Shown one piece after another: positions 40,400 to 54,079 of a stretch of DNA of 64,000 nucleotides. A program made the translations under genes and the position numbers. Source of the DNA: Sphyrna mokarran. Its lineage: Eukaryota. The stretch's first letter is position 1. Every line of letters starts with the position of its first letter. The notes under the pieces were generated by a model. That model saw only the letters and a list, made by a program, of their open reading frames with translations, did not search any database and had not been told where the DNA came from. Where the stretch lies: positions 67,828,001 to 67,892,000 of the forward strand of contig JAGIQG010000007.1 in the NCBI GenBank assembly GCA_024679065.1. The letters are read 5' to 3'.

Positions 40400-40720
40400 T
40401 TTATCTAAATAAATACAGCAACCATTTTGCACACAGCACAATTCTACAGCGAGCAATGAAATCAGCGAGTGTGCAGATTACTGGAAGAATGTTGGCCGGG
40501 ACACCAGGAGAGATTTCTGCTTCTCTTCAAATGTTGTTAGATTGTATGTCCAACTAAGCCAGCTTCAGGAAATAGAATGCAAATGAAACACTTATCTTAA
40601 TGATAGCACCTGCGGCACTGCTGCACGTAACACTGAGTGAAATCAGGTCCCGGAATGGGATTCGAAACGACAATCTCTTGGCCTCTTTTAAGACAGGAGT
40701 GAGACGGTCTGAGACAATTT
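40400..40720 (-). mobile_element. Deu-domain SINE (SacSINE1-like)
   Basis: gaatgttggccgggacaccaggagag...cttctcttcaaa and gcacctgcggcactgctgca match the reverse of the Deu core; ggattcgaa is B-box-like. Confidence 0.6.
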
Positions 40721-43700
40721 GGTACTTTAACTGTTACACCAGCTGGACCTTTTCAGGACACTTATACAGTCTATGAAGTCGATTAATATTTTTCTTATAT
40801 TACATGTAGACTAAAATCCCAAACAGTACAGCCATCCTCACAGTGTGCGCATAGACTAAACTCCAATCAGTATTACCCCTCTTATTGTGGAACTACTATG
40901 CAACAAAGTTAATGCATTGAGTCAATTCCGCAATGCCTTATCATAAGTCTCCAGATGATTTTAAAACGATCAACTTAAACCTAACTCTGAAATAAAATGT
41001 AATCCATTTTATTCCACTGTGAGTTTTCCAAGTCGTGTATTAAATATATTCCTACTGTTTCCCTGGACTAAATATTGATGTACAAACTTTTAAATACTTT
41101 GTAAACACACGCAGCATGTTTTACAATACACCGTTTAATTTAGAGGAATCAAAATTCGGAAGCAGGCATTTTCGTCTTGCGCAACACACCAGGGAGAATG
41201 ATACGTTTTGAAATCAGTTCGAATCCTGTGGGGTAATGCAGTAGCTCCATGCAAATACAAGGATAAATTACAAAGTAATAATTGTAATTTGCTTAAATTA
41301 TATTATCCGTTATAAAAGAAAGATTTCGACGTAAAGGTGGATTGGAAAATTGGATTTGCTTCGGCTTTGATATTCGATTTCATATTATGCATTGAAGAAC
41401 AAAGTGTTTCTTTTTAAAAGCAATTTAAGTCCGAATTAGTTCCTTTTTATTAACACTAAAATTCAATTCCTCCGGTTAATAATTGTTGGAGTTTCAGTGA
41501 AGAGCATTGTTTATTGTAAGTGCGCTTTATATATATATAGATATATAGGTTTCAAAGAGAAGACGTCTGGATTTGATCCCACATCATGGGTCAGCTACAT
41601 TACTCCCGCCTATCAATCAGCCACCAGGTCAGATCCGCTGCAGGAAATTAACCATTTTGTACACACATACGAGCGCGCACGCGCGCACATTGGGGATTCT
41701 CATATTTAAGGATTACTTTGCACTTTCCTCCCTGTCCATTCATCTCAGACCCTCAAAGATTCAGGTGACCATTGGCCACTGCACTATACGTTTTCTTCTT
41801 CTGATTTTCAACTGAATACGTTGTAATCTTTATCTGCAACCTTTCACAAATCATCTTCTGTCATAAATTCTTCTTTTCAAATTAAACCTATGGAGATGAT
41901 AGCAATCAATGCAATCCAATGCGGATCTTATACATGTTGCGGTCCGCCTACAAGATTTAAACTGTTTGCAAATTTAAATCCAGAGAGACTGCGTTGCAAT
42001 TGAACGGTTGCGAAATTGATCAATGCGACATTTACCAACATAATCTCTGGGAAATCATTCTAACATCAAAGCTCATACGTTCAAAGCATTCACTTTGCAC
42101 TTTCACATTTTCAAACTTCTTATTAACATTCCGGGACATTTGTTAATGTTAGAGGCAGTTAGCTCCGTCTGCCTTACCAGCAATTTAACCAGTAGATCTT
42201 AAGTCCCCGTTTACTATGTGGCCTAATATCTTCTTACCTGAAATCATTTCCCACATTAACTCCAGCGAGGGCAGAGGGATACTAAGTGCCAACTCTCTCT
42301 GCCCTGTGCAGAAGTTGCAACGTCAAACAAACTTTCGTCAGATAATAGCCCTTGCAGCTGAAGTGCCTATCGAAGTTCTCCCTTTCTTCCTCTTTTCAAT
42401 GAGGCCTCTGGTCAGTGCTGATTAATAACTTTTTTTCTCTCTCTGTTGTGAAGTGCAGGCCCATTGTAGAACAATGGGGATGTCCTGTGACCAAGAAAAG
42501 ACTCGACCTTGTGCTATTTGATTGTGTGAAGCTGAGAAAGGTCTTTAGCAATGAGACCCAAAGCAATGACCCGCATATCTCCCGCAGACACTTCATTCAC
42601 AAAGCTCGACTTGCAGTCGCCCGAATCTCTTGTTTCGCTACAACAATGTATAGAATTTTGTTATAAAGTAAACCTTGCACACTCACGAATGCTGCTTGGC
42701 CATATTTAACGTGGTATTTTATATCATATACTTTGCTTTGGTTTCCATTTGCTAGTGGGCAGTTGATCCTGAACAAGTTCAAGCTGGGAGTTGAACATTA
42801 ATTGTTTTTCATCAATTTTGCCTCAATAACTTACTGCGTTGCGGATGCAGCCTTTTAGCGACTTTTGTATAAAAGGGGATTTAAATGTCCCACACAACCA
42901 AGCAAAAATGTATACTTTAAAAGGGCAAAAGTTATTATTGCAAGTAACATTTGATAACTGGTGATGGTATTTACCTGAATTTTACTGTGGGGTTAATTTC
43001 TAAAGGCTTTTTCTCCGCTGTGTAAATTTCCTACAGCTGTCCTATATTACCTAAGCGAGTTGTAGCCAACATATATCTGGACATTTTTATTCAATTAGCT
43101 TAAGTGTTAATGTTTCGATTTGGGGTTTCATGGATTTGATTTGTCATAAATCAGATAGGATTAATGTTAAACGAAAGAATGCTATCTTGGGAAACATTGC
43201 GCACATTGTGTCGTTTTTAGCTTTCACGGATTCAAAAAGGTCCAAACTAGTGAATGAATGCCCTTTAATAAATAGCCCACCACATTCACACCTCTGGAAT
43301 AAGATTGATGAATTTTGCTTTGATGCCACGTGAACTCTTACCGTTAAAACAGGATGAAACCTGGTTATACATGATAACATTACCTTCGTTTGATTTTCTC
43401 GGATCCCTAAAAATGTACAGCTGAAAACATATCCACTTATGAAATAAAAGGAAGTTGGGGGAGGGGGGGTGGAGGGGATGGTGTGTTTTGCACGAGTCCG
43501 TTGTGTTGTCCGAAATGCCATTGTAAGGTCACTGAGCAGCATTTTAAATGAATGCTCTAATATTTTAGAGGTGGACAAACGCAACTGTTTCAAACGCCTG
43601 TTCTCCTGTACGCGTACGGCCATAAGCAGATATTCAGACTGCATGCTGCATGTATCTTAAAGCCGAAGCCTGACCCCTTCTATACCATTCATTGTATTTA

Positions 43701-46009
43701 TATGCAAATATTCTTAATAGATCTCATTGCTGTCAGTGCGAACATGCCGTGCACTTTTCACACCAAGTCAGCGCTGAAAAAAAAGGTCCTGCGCAGCAAT
43801 TTAAGTTGCTTGTGACCAGCAACATAATGCAGGAGAACCTCAAAAGATAATTAAATGGATATTATAAAGTTGTGTGTTTTAGAAATCCACAAATATTTTA
43901 GATGGCGAAAGTAATTGTTAGAGACATACTTATCACCTATATATGTCTATGTACGCTATACGCTTATTTGAGATCCTTGTTGTTAATGCAAAAGCTTGTA
44001 GGGTTTAAGGGCTACCCGAAGTAACACGAAAATGCCAAACGAAAGTCATGCATTGCCAGTGTCGACTAACTGCCAGTTACTATCGAGACCGTAAACTGAG
44101 CCCGGTCTTAGAAAACGACTAAGCCCTGAAAGGGAATGGATGTCATCACTATGTCATTAACAGTTTCTTAATAAATGTTTCGGTTTAGACCGAATTAGCC
44201 AGTTTTATTATCGGCATTGTGTGTTAAGCGAGCCCAAGCTCAAGTGCTCCTCACTCGTTCGTTTAACGGGCTGTTGATTTGTGTCCTCGAATTCCCGTTC
44301 CAAAATGAGAAACCTTTATTTTCCCTCATGTAGTGGGCGGCCATGTGAATGCAATCCAGTGCAGCCGCTGACAGAATACTGATGTATCACCCAGATTTCC
44401 AAACTCCTTGTACAGACTCGTTTAGGATAACTGAAAGGGGCATATTATTATGCAATTTAAGTAAAGGGATATTGACTGATGTCAAAAATGCACAATAAAA
44501 ATGCATCAGCATTGAAAGCACTGCCTGTGACAAAGTGACAGTTTAGGAGACCAGAAAAAGGGATGCTATTTGTTACGAGGTTACTGTGTGTATGAGTACA
44601 ATAATAATGGTACAGTCTATAAAATCTCCGCAGTTAGAGGTCATTTTGTTAAGGACGCCCTTTTAAACCTTCCTGGAGAAAGGCGATGAATGACTCTAGA
44701 GGTTTATACTGTATTACGAGACGTTTTCAATGCTCTATAGAGATAGCGTCATCCAGTCCAAGGTAGGCAGCTGAAGCAATGTGAAGTCAGAGAAAGGCCT
44801 TTTCAGTATACAAAATAGACAGTGATTAGAAACTAGGTTACTAATCTGTATAATCATTTGAGATTAAAAATCGTTTGTTTCCTGTTAATAATCCCACAGA
44901 TGGAGCTATCAATAGTCCGGCGATTTCCACCAGAATGCGGATTAAAGAGCAAACCCGTGTTGGATTTGGGAAATGACCAGCCTGTGTTGGAGAAATTAAA
45001 AACGGCAGCCTTTGATGAAATGGACTGCTGTCCAAATATTTGGTGATTAAAGGACTTGAATCAAAATTTATCAAAAACTAAAAGAACATACAGCATGCGT
45101 TGTAGTCAACTCATAATAGTAATAAATGTGTGCTATTTTTAAATTTGATCAATTCGGTTAAATTTTTACATATAACTGGCATGACAATTTAAATCACGGT
45201 ATTATAATAAACTGGACATAGAAATGATGTAATTAATAAAATGGTGAAGTTTCTGACGGTGTTCAGTGTGTTATTGTGTGCACTTATATTCGGCAGACCA
45301 GTTTTATCAACTGTTCAGCTTCTAACTGCATATGAATAAGTGGTCATGATTTATCCTTGCAAACCAATGCCTTAACGTGTCTGTAAATGCGTATTCGGCT
45401 GCACGTAGGAGCTATCTCATCGGAGCATTTTTTCATTGCTATCTTCGAAACAATTACACCTACAGAAAACATGAAAAAAATGTCCTTTTTATAGCGATGC
45501 AGTGGGTTCTAAAATGTGTGCAGTAGGTATTCCTTTCCCGAGCCCATTGCTAGCACCCCACCCATTCGAACTGCGCTGGGCTTTTCGTCAAATCACAATT
45601 ACATACTGCCTTTTTAATCTCTTTGTTGCTGCCATAAAGTAACTGTGTCAGGCACGATCTTCCAATTATTCTCAAACCTCCTTGCGGACCAAATCCTCCA
45701 CACTTGCTGAGTGGGCTGGCAAACTTACACATTTAAATGAGATTGAGGGACGGAGAAGTAGGTTTGAAGAAGTGTTCAGAGCCAGATGTTCGAACACAAA
45801 AGAGGAAGCAAGGAGAGAGAGAGAGAACAAGAAAAACGGGATAAGAAAAAAACCCTGCATTTGGAATGGCGAACTGCACATCAGCCCTGCTGGAAGCGGA
45901 CAAGAGACTGGGAGAGAGTGACTGATTTAACTCATTGTGATGCATGGTGCGACCTGCCCTCTTTTTTTGAGGGGGTTGGGGGGCGGGGGGCGGGAGAAGG
46001 CACGCTTTG

Positions 46010-46225
46010 CTGAGCTGGGAGCATCTGACTCAGAATGAGAGAATGCAATGCGCTCATCCCGCTAGTTCACCACTTCAGCCAGAGAGTGCAGACCGGCTGC
46101 TACTAAAGAAAGGGGCTTCCCAGCCGCAAGCCCAGCCTGCTACTACCGTGCTCCCAACTTAATGGATGTGAGGACAAGTATTGAAGGCGAGAGGGCGGTT
46201 TCATCAGAGAAGCTTTGACTCGCTC
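46010..46225 (+). other. Candidate non-coding first exon
   Basis: Follows GA-rich and GGGGCGGGG promoter-like sequence; ends at CTC|GTAAGT (46226). Start position is a guess. Confidence 0.4.
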
Positions 46226-48419
46226 GTAAGTTGCGTGCTTGCTGAAGCAGTTTCTAAGTTGAATTTCGGAGACACATTGTATGGACCTGACTCGGGGTTT
46301 GTTCTCTCCACCCCTCCCCCCTCCCCCACCCCGGTTTGCTAGACATGTTTTAGGGGTTGTTGTGTGTATTTTTCTCTATGTGAAAAACAAGATTTCTTTT
46401 GGGTGGTAGGGGGTGAGTTCGACATGGAGGAGGAATGAATGGACCTCCCGCACTTCCCCACCCCAGTTAGTACAATGACTTCCAGTGGTTTCCATACTGG
46501 GTCGCTAAGATTTTCTCGATGCATTCTCGGAGCTGTTTATGTAACTAACTGACGTTTAGTTTGAGTTCTGATTGTGTTAGCCCCCATCCCCCACACAAAC
46601 ACATACACACACACACACTTCTTCACACTTGACCTTGACGAATGACGAGTCCGCTCCCCTCGCATTTGTTAAGGTTTCCTTTTGATTTGAAACTCTTGAG
46701 AAGACGGGAGTAATCTCCGATTTTATCTTAAATGGGCTAGGTCCCCCTCTCCTTCGGAAGCACACTTACAAGACGAAGACACAAATTAGTGACAACCCCT
46801 CCCCCCAAAAGGTTTCACAAGTTGAAAGAATGCAAATTGCCTTCCCTCTCTTTGTCTCCAGTGCTGAAGCCGTGGGAGCTGCTTCTTTAGAAAAAAATGG
46901 CGAGTCCCATTGTAACTGGACTATTTTCTTCCGGCACTTTAGTGAGATTCTACAGAACCAGGCGTCTTTTGCATATTCTTTTGTGCGGCGCTCATTGTGC
47001 ACGGACGTTTGGAGAAAGCGACGTTTCAATCGATTGCAAATCACACAAAACCGCAATTAGAGTTATCCCAATCTCAGAGGCATTCGCTGTGTGGTTTTGG
47101 TGTGGGATCGGCCGTCCTGTTTGCCGTCCTTTGCCCTTGCCCGTTCCGTGTTCAATGGTCTTCGATCCGGAGAAGTGTGGCTGCTTTCCACCAACTTGCT
47201 GGCTCAGAGACCTGCCTCCCCTACGGTGAGAAGCTACATTTAGAACCCAGGGCATCGGGAAATGTGCACGGTAATGTTGGATAGATTGCAGGCTAGAAGG
47301 ACGAAGATGCTGAAATGCGTGTTATGGGCGATTTGCGTGACAATGTGTTCCACCTTTGCTTTTAATCAGCTGTAGTAATGTATAAGGAGACTTTTTAAAA
47401 ATACACTATACTGACGCTAATTAAAATGGGTCATTTTGCATGACTGAATATACTAAAAAGGGTCAAAATGAACGAGCGTCGATGTTTATCTGAAAATGAT
47501 AAATATACCTTAATTTATATTATTTATAAGCTTTAATTTTACATACATTGGTGGATGTTTTAATAATTGTGGGCTGTTAATTCTTAAATAGAAATTCAAC
47601 AGATTGCAAAGGAAATAGAACAATCTATTAATTTCCAGCTAAGGCGAGATTGTCTAACAACAGATATCAGTTAATCAACTGACATAATAGGGAATGTTGA
47701 ATTTAGTGTTTCGTTTAAGGATGTAAATGACACCACTATCAACATATGATGCAAAGGTGTATTTATGCCATCGGAAACCAATTGGATCGAGCATTTTGCT
47801 TAGTTAAAATCATCATTCCTTAAAACGGTCATTTGAAAATGTAATGGAAAATGCAACGTGAATATAATCATCAATTCCCCTTCAAAACCATGGACAGCGA
47901 TCCGTTTGTATGTTTGTGTGAAATTGTCTATACCGCCCCATAATTCAATAATCAAAAATGCATGACGCTATTCAGCATTTTTTCATCGAATAAATGTGTT
48001 GTTCAGAGTTATCTGCAGGTATTTTTCGTCTGCTTATAGGTTGGCGTGCACTAATGTTATTTATATGAGAGTCCTGCCTGTCTGTGTTTGGCAATATAAT
48101 TTTTAGAAGTACATTTCTCTGGCTGTCCAGCTTGTGTTTTGTTTGTGATGGTTTACTCCAGTGCAGGCTGCCGAGCTCGGATGGGTTTGGCCCAGCTGGC
48201 TGCTGCAATTTCTCTTGCACGCTGTTCATACTCTAGGAGACCGTAAAGATTCCTCACTTCCCTCCCATTCCCTTAACCGTCAGCATTCCCATTACGAAAG
48301 TGTGCATTTGCTAAGTGAATCGGTCTCCGATAGAAATACATTCAGATATGTTACATAATTCGAGAGCTGAAAAGGCAATTCTGCATCTGACCTTGATCAA
48401 GCTGTCATTTCTTCAACGT

Positions 48420-51400
48420 GTGGGCTTTGTGTTGTGTGTGTGCATGCTACATGTGTATGATAGATGCATGTGTTGTTTATGCCATATATTTGTAATAGGC
48501 ATGTGCATAATATGTGTGCTGATTGTGTGTGCTAGATGTGTGTATGAATACAAGGCATGTGTGTATAAGGCATGTGTATATTTGTAGTAGGTGCATACAT
48601 ATGTTTGTGTGTATACTAGATATGGATGCTAGGTGTATGTGTTAGGTGTGCATGTGCATATTCCAGGTGTAGGTGTAATAGGTATGTATGTGTGCTGAGT
48701 GGAGTGGCATGGTTGCACAGTGTGCATAATATGAACACCAGTGACCTGGCTTGGGTCACTGTCTATATGGAGTTTGTACATTCTCTCTGTGTCTGCATGG
48801 GTTTCCTCTGGATGCTCCAATTTCCTCCCACAGTCCAAACCTGTGCAGGCTCGGTTGATTGGCCATACTAAATTGCCCCTTTGTGTTCTGGGATGCATAG
48901 GTTAGAGGGATTAGCAGGGCAAATGAGAGGTTACAGGGATAGGGCCTGGGTGGGATTATGGTCGGTGCAGACTTGATGGGTCAAATGACCTCCTTCTGCA
49001 CTGTAGGGTTTCTATGACTCTATGAGATGTGTGTGCTTGGTATGTGCTAAAGGCTTTGTTGGAGTATATGGGAATGTTGACTGTTATGTGTGTTCACTTG
49101 GTGAGTGTGCTGAATGTGTGTTGAAAGATGTGTTGGGTTGGAAAATAGTATTGAATGCTGTGTATGTAGGCTTTGTGTACGCTCGGTGTGTTTGCTGAAT
49201 GTGTGTATGCTAGGTGTATGTTGAAGGTTGTGTTGGTGGAAGAGAATCTTGAATGTTGTGCATGTGTGTATGTTTGCTGGCTGTATATGTTCTGGATGTG
49301 TGCAGAGTGTATGTGTGTGCTAGTTGTGTATGTACTGGATGTCTGTGTGTTGGTTGTGTACGTGCAGGATGTGTATTATTTGTGTGCTGGGTGTGTGTTG
49401 TATATGTGCTGAGTGTGTGCATGCTTGGTGTGTGTGTGCTGGGATTGTGTGAGCTAACTGTGCATTGGGTTAGTGTGCGCTGGGTGTGTACACACTGGAT
49501 GTGTGGGTGCAGTGTATGTGCTGGGTATGTATTGTGTGTATGTGCTGGGTATGTGTTCACTGTGTGTGTGCACTGGATGTATGTGTTGTGTATGTGTGCT
49601 GGGTGTGTGTGTGCTAAATGTGCATTGGGTTAGTGTGTGCTGGGTGTGTGTTTTGTGTGGATGTATTGTGTGTGTGTTCACTGTGTGCCATATGTTTTAG
49701 GGTGTAAGGGAATATTGAATGTTGGTGTGAATATGTTGTGTTTGTGCTGGGTATGTATTCATTGTGTGTGCTGGCATATAAGGGAGTGTTGGATGTGTGT
49801 ATGTTGGTGTGTAAACTGGATCTGTGGGTGTTGGTTGTGTGTGTGCTTGTTGTGAAAATGTTGCTGGGTTTGTGTATGTATACTGAGTGTGTGTTAGGAA
49901 AGTGAACTGGGTTGTGTGTGTGTGGCATATGTGTATGCTGTGAGTATGTTGCGTGTGTGTTGGTTTGTTGGGAAGTATTGAGTGTTGAGTGTGTTGAATG
50001 TGAATGTCTGCTTTGTGTGTGCACTGAGTGTGTTGGGTGCCTGTGTGTTGGATGTGTGTGTTGGGTGTGTATTGTGTATCTTTTGGGTGTATGCATGTTG
50101 TGCATGTGCATATATGTGTATGTGTGTGTGTTGGGTGTATATGCATTGGGTGTGTGCATTGGGTGTCTGCATTGGGTGTCTGTGTTGGGTGCCTGTGTAT
50201 TGGGTGTGTATGTTGGGTGTGTGTATGGTTGTGTGTTGGGTGCATATTGTGCATGTGTTGTGTTTGTGTTGGATGTGTGTCTGTGCTTGGTGTGCATGTA
50301 TTGGGTATGTGTGTGTTAGGTGTGTGTGTTGGGTGTGCATGTGCATTGGGTGTATGTGTATCAGTGCAAGTGTATGTTGATATGTGTTGGGTATGTGTGT
50401 GAATTAAGTGTTTGTGTTGGATGTGTGTGCTGGGTGTGTGTGTTTGGTGTGTGTTTGTCATGTGTATATTTAGTGTGTGTGTTTGGTGTGCATTGTGGAT
50501 ATGTGGGTTAAGTGCATGAGTGCTGGATGTGTGTGTTTGCTGGTAATATATTCATGCTGTTTGTATGTGATGTATGTGTGTGCTGCATATGTAGGATATG
50601 TATGCATTGTGTATGTATGTGTACTGGGTTTATGTGTGTTGGGTACTGCATGTGTGTATTGTATATCTGTTGATACTGTGTGTTGGTGTGTGTGGGGGTA
50701 CATATGTATACTCTGTGTGTGCTGGGGATTTGTGTGTTGTGTGTGTATGCCAAATATGTATGTGCTTAATGTGTGTGTTGCATCTGTGTAAGCTGTGTGT
50801 GTGTAAGTTGAGTGCTGGGAATGTTGTGCTGAATCGTGCATGTTGATGTGTGTATATATTGGATTTATGTTTGTGAATGTGTGTATAGGGTTTGAGTATG
50901 CTTGGGATATTTATACTGGTTATATGTGTGCAGATTAGATGTATGTATGCTGGGTATGTGTGTATTGGATTAGTGTGTATATGTGTGTTGTGTTTGTGTG
51001 TACTAGTTGTGCATGCTGTGTGTGTACTGAGTGTGTGTTTATGTTGGTGTGCATGTATGTATTGTGCATGTGTACTGCATTTATGCATATGTGTAATATG
51101 TAATGTGTGTGTGTGCTGCCTTTGTGTGTGTGCTGTGGGTATACTGAGGGTGTGTGTGTGTGCATGTGCTGTGTGTTGAGTGTGTGTGAGTACTGTGTGT
51201 GGGTGTATATTTTCTGTGAATACACTGTGTGCATGTATGCTAGGTGTGTGTGCTGTTTGTGTGCATATGTTCTAGATATGTTGGGCTAGATGTGTTGGGT
51301 TTGTGTTGATTTGTGTGTATTAAATGTATGTATTTGGTTGTGTACTGCATCTACAAAGGCTGCTGGGTGTGTATGCTGTGTGTGGGTGTTGCTGGGTCTG

Positions 51401-51760
51401 TGTGTGTGTACTCTGTGTGTGATGTTGTTTACTGGGTTTGTATGTACTGTGTGTGTGCTGAATGTGTGTGTTGTGTGTGTGTTGAAGTGTAAAGGAATGT
51501 TTCATATGGTGTGTTGTGTGTATGCTGGGTGTCGATGTACAGTCTGGGTGTGCGTTAGAGTGTAAGGAAATATTGCGTGTTTATTGTGCATGCTCTGCGT
51601 GTATGTCTGTGTTGGGGTGATATGTGCTGGATTTGTCTGTCTGTATTGGGCGATGTGTGCTGGGTGTGTATGTAATGTCTGGGTGTTGGGTTTGTGTTGG
51701 AGTGTAAGGGAGTGTTGGAAGTTGAGTTGCAGATTTAGAAAGTGATGCAAGTGCGTGAAG
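48420..51760. repeat. 3.3 kb degenerate (TG)n-rich tract
   Basis: Direct reading; source of the many spurious C/V-rich and H/T-rich ORFs. Confidence 0.95.
48702..49024 (+). mobile_element. HE1 SINE inside the TG tract
   Basis: ggcatggttgcacagtg...gggtcactgtctatatggagtttgtacattct...ctgcactgtagggtttctatga. Confidence 0.9.
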
Positions 51761-52827
51761 TATCATGTTGTTTAAATTTGTTTAGTTGCTTAGTATGAAT
51801 TTCGACAGAGGGCCGCATTGTTTTTGATGCAGTAATATTGTTGTTAACTGTAGAATCATAGAGGTTAACAACATGGAAATATTTAGCTTGCATTGGCAAT
51901 GCAACGCCATCGGGTTATCTTAGTTGGATACTCAGGTTAATACAAGTAGTGGGATATTATAGGCTTCATGAGCTAGTTTTGCGATGTGATTATTTCCTAT
52001 GTGAGACAAAACAGTAGGAAATATCGGAGGCTGCCAGCGCCTTAGACGGGCAGTGCCGACAGTTTTGAGAAACAACGTTATAAACAAGGGTAAATTGTTT
52101 TACACAAAATACCTGAACAATAATGCAGGGAGCGCGGAGGACTAGTCCGAGAGTGACTGTTATTCCAATGTCTCGCTGCTGGTTAACAGCATCAGGGAGC
52201 AAGGCAGAGACAAGCAGCCTCGTCCTTTGGAGTTCATGAAACCGGCCTAACGTTACTTGAAGCGTTTTCAGCTGTAACCCGGGGGGCATTTGTCATTAGC
52301 CTTATCCTGAACAGACACTGTCCACCCCCATCCCAGCCCTTTTCCAGGTAGCCAGTTTCAGATAGCAGATGTGTGGGCAAGAGCTGGGGAATAAGGAACT
52401 GCATCGCGTGAAAACAGAAGCGTCAGAACACTCTCAATAACAGAATGACAACATTTCCGATACTGGGGGCAGGGACAGGTGACTTGACAGTCGGCCTTTT
52501 GAGAGGAAGGGGGTAACTGTCGGTCAGATGCCGGAAAGAGCAACAAGTACAATTTGAACCCCGCAGTAATACATTTGGGATAATTCTGTCCCGCCAACCT
52601 GATATGGAATGTTACTGTGTGTTGAAATTTTTAAGATGTGAAATGACATGCTTGTGTTAAAGGGAAGAGCTATTTGCCTGTCTGGGGGGAGGGGTTGGAT
52701 GTTGGTCCTGCCGATCCCCAGCAGGCCCAGCCGGACGCAGTGAGGCTCTGCTCTCTCTTTCTCTCTTTCTCTCTCTCAAGGACATGGAGATGATCAGGGG
52801 TTTGGGAGCCAACATCTGCCTGCCTGC

Positions 52828-52835
52828 TGACGTCA
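52828..52835. promoter_or_regulatory. Full palindromic CRE (TGACGTCA)
   Basis: Exact match in GC-rich promoter-like context, ~240 bp upstream of a splice donor. Confidence 0.55.
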
Positions 52836-52899
52836 CCGGCCCCATGTAATCCTCTTGCTAAAAGCAGATCCGTATTTGTTTGGCTGGAGAGCCATTAAT

Positions 52900-53074
52900 C
52901 CCCAAGTCTGGATCAGGAGCGAGGGGGGGAAAGGGCTGCAGGAGACAACCCAGGCTGCACACAGCCACCACCAAGAGACTGCAAGGGAAACGTTCTCGCC
53001 TCTGTGTCACTGACCCGGAGATGGAGTGCACACCTTTGCAGAGCTTCTGTGCTGATCTCCATGCATTTACCGAG
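52900..53074 (+). other. Candidate first exon (possible 18-codon start MECTPLQSFCADLHAFTE)
   Basis: Good-context ATG (gagATGG, 53021) open to GAG|GTAGTT at 53075; lies downstream of the CRE. Confidence 0.3.
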
Positions 53075-54079
53075 GTAGTTTCTGTTTCCCTCTGTATCGC
53101 TGCATTAGCTGCAGCCTTGCTGAAAGACCTGCGCTTGCTATTTTTATAACAGACGCTGCGTTTGATTCCACGATTGAAGGTTTTTTTTTTGGTTGCTGCT
53201 GGGCACTGCCCACTTTACCGGCTTGGTCTAGTCTCCGCGGCTCGGTGTCTTCCTCCCCCCCCCCCCCCCCCCCCCCTCCCTTAGTCCTTGTGCAGGCCGG
53301 GGAGGCACTGAGTGTCCTGTCTCCCCTCCATCCTCACTCGATGATGCGACCGGGAAGCGAGCCGCTCCTGGAACGTACCGTCTTGTTAATTAAAAGAAAA
53401 GGAAGGCTGTGTTTGCTGAGCGGTTTTCTGAGTTTGTGGCCGGGATGGGGGTGGCTGAGTGGGGAAGCAGCATCTCCCTGAACTGTCTGCTCAGTGCTTC
53501 CGCCACCCAAACCTGAGCTCCTTTTTAAAAGAAATGTCTTTGTGTCTTTACAGGGTCCTTGCATTTTTACAGCACCAGCCGAGAGTCACTGCTTTCCATT
53601 CTAAAAGGCCGCTTTGCCTCTTGTGTTATCTTGTAGGCACTCGCCACAGCCATCGTTTACTGTCTGGTCATCCTCTGTACTGGAGGCTGCATCAAGTCGT
53701 CAGGAGACACCGCCAGTGGCTTCCTAGCAGCAGCCGAACTCCAAGAGGCAAAGAGAGAGAAAGCCGCCACAATGACTCTCAAAGCCTTTTCTTCGATGCG
53801 GGGGACCTAAAGTACCGAGTTGCTGTAGGGGTCAGTTTGAGGGTCACTGCATAGGGTCACTCTCCATACCGCTTCTACACAGCTGTCCTTGAGAACCGGG
53901 CCCATGTAGAGCGATTTAGATCGAGAGATTTTTTTTTGTTAATATAGATATATATTAAATGTCACAATATTTGCCGCAAGAATATGCAATCAGCTTGTGC
54001 AGTTCTGCAGAGTGACAAGCGCCAGACCAGATGGGCTTTTGTGTACACAGGGGACTGGGCAGGTGCCTCCTCTACTGCT

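Noticed and set aside
48420-51760. Many long Cys/Val-rich and His/Thr-rich ORFs (up to 254 aa)
   Set aside because: Translation artefacts of TG/CA low-complexity sequence, open in several frames on both strands
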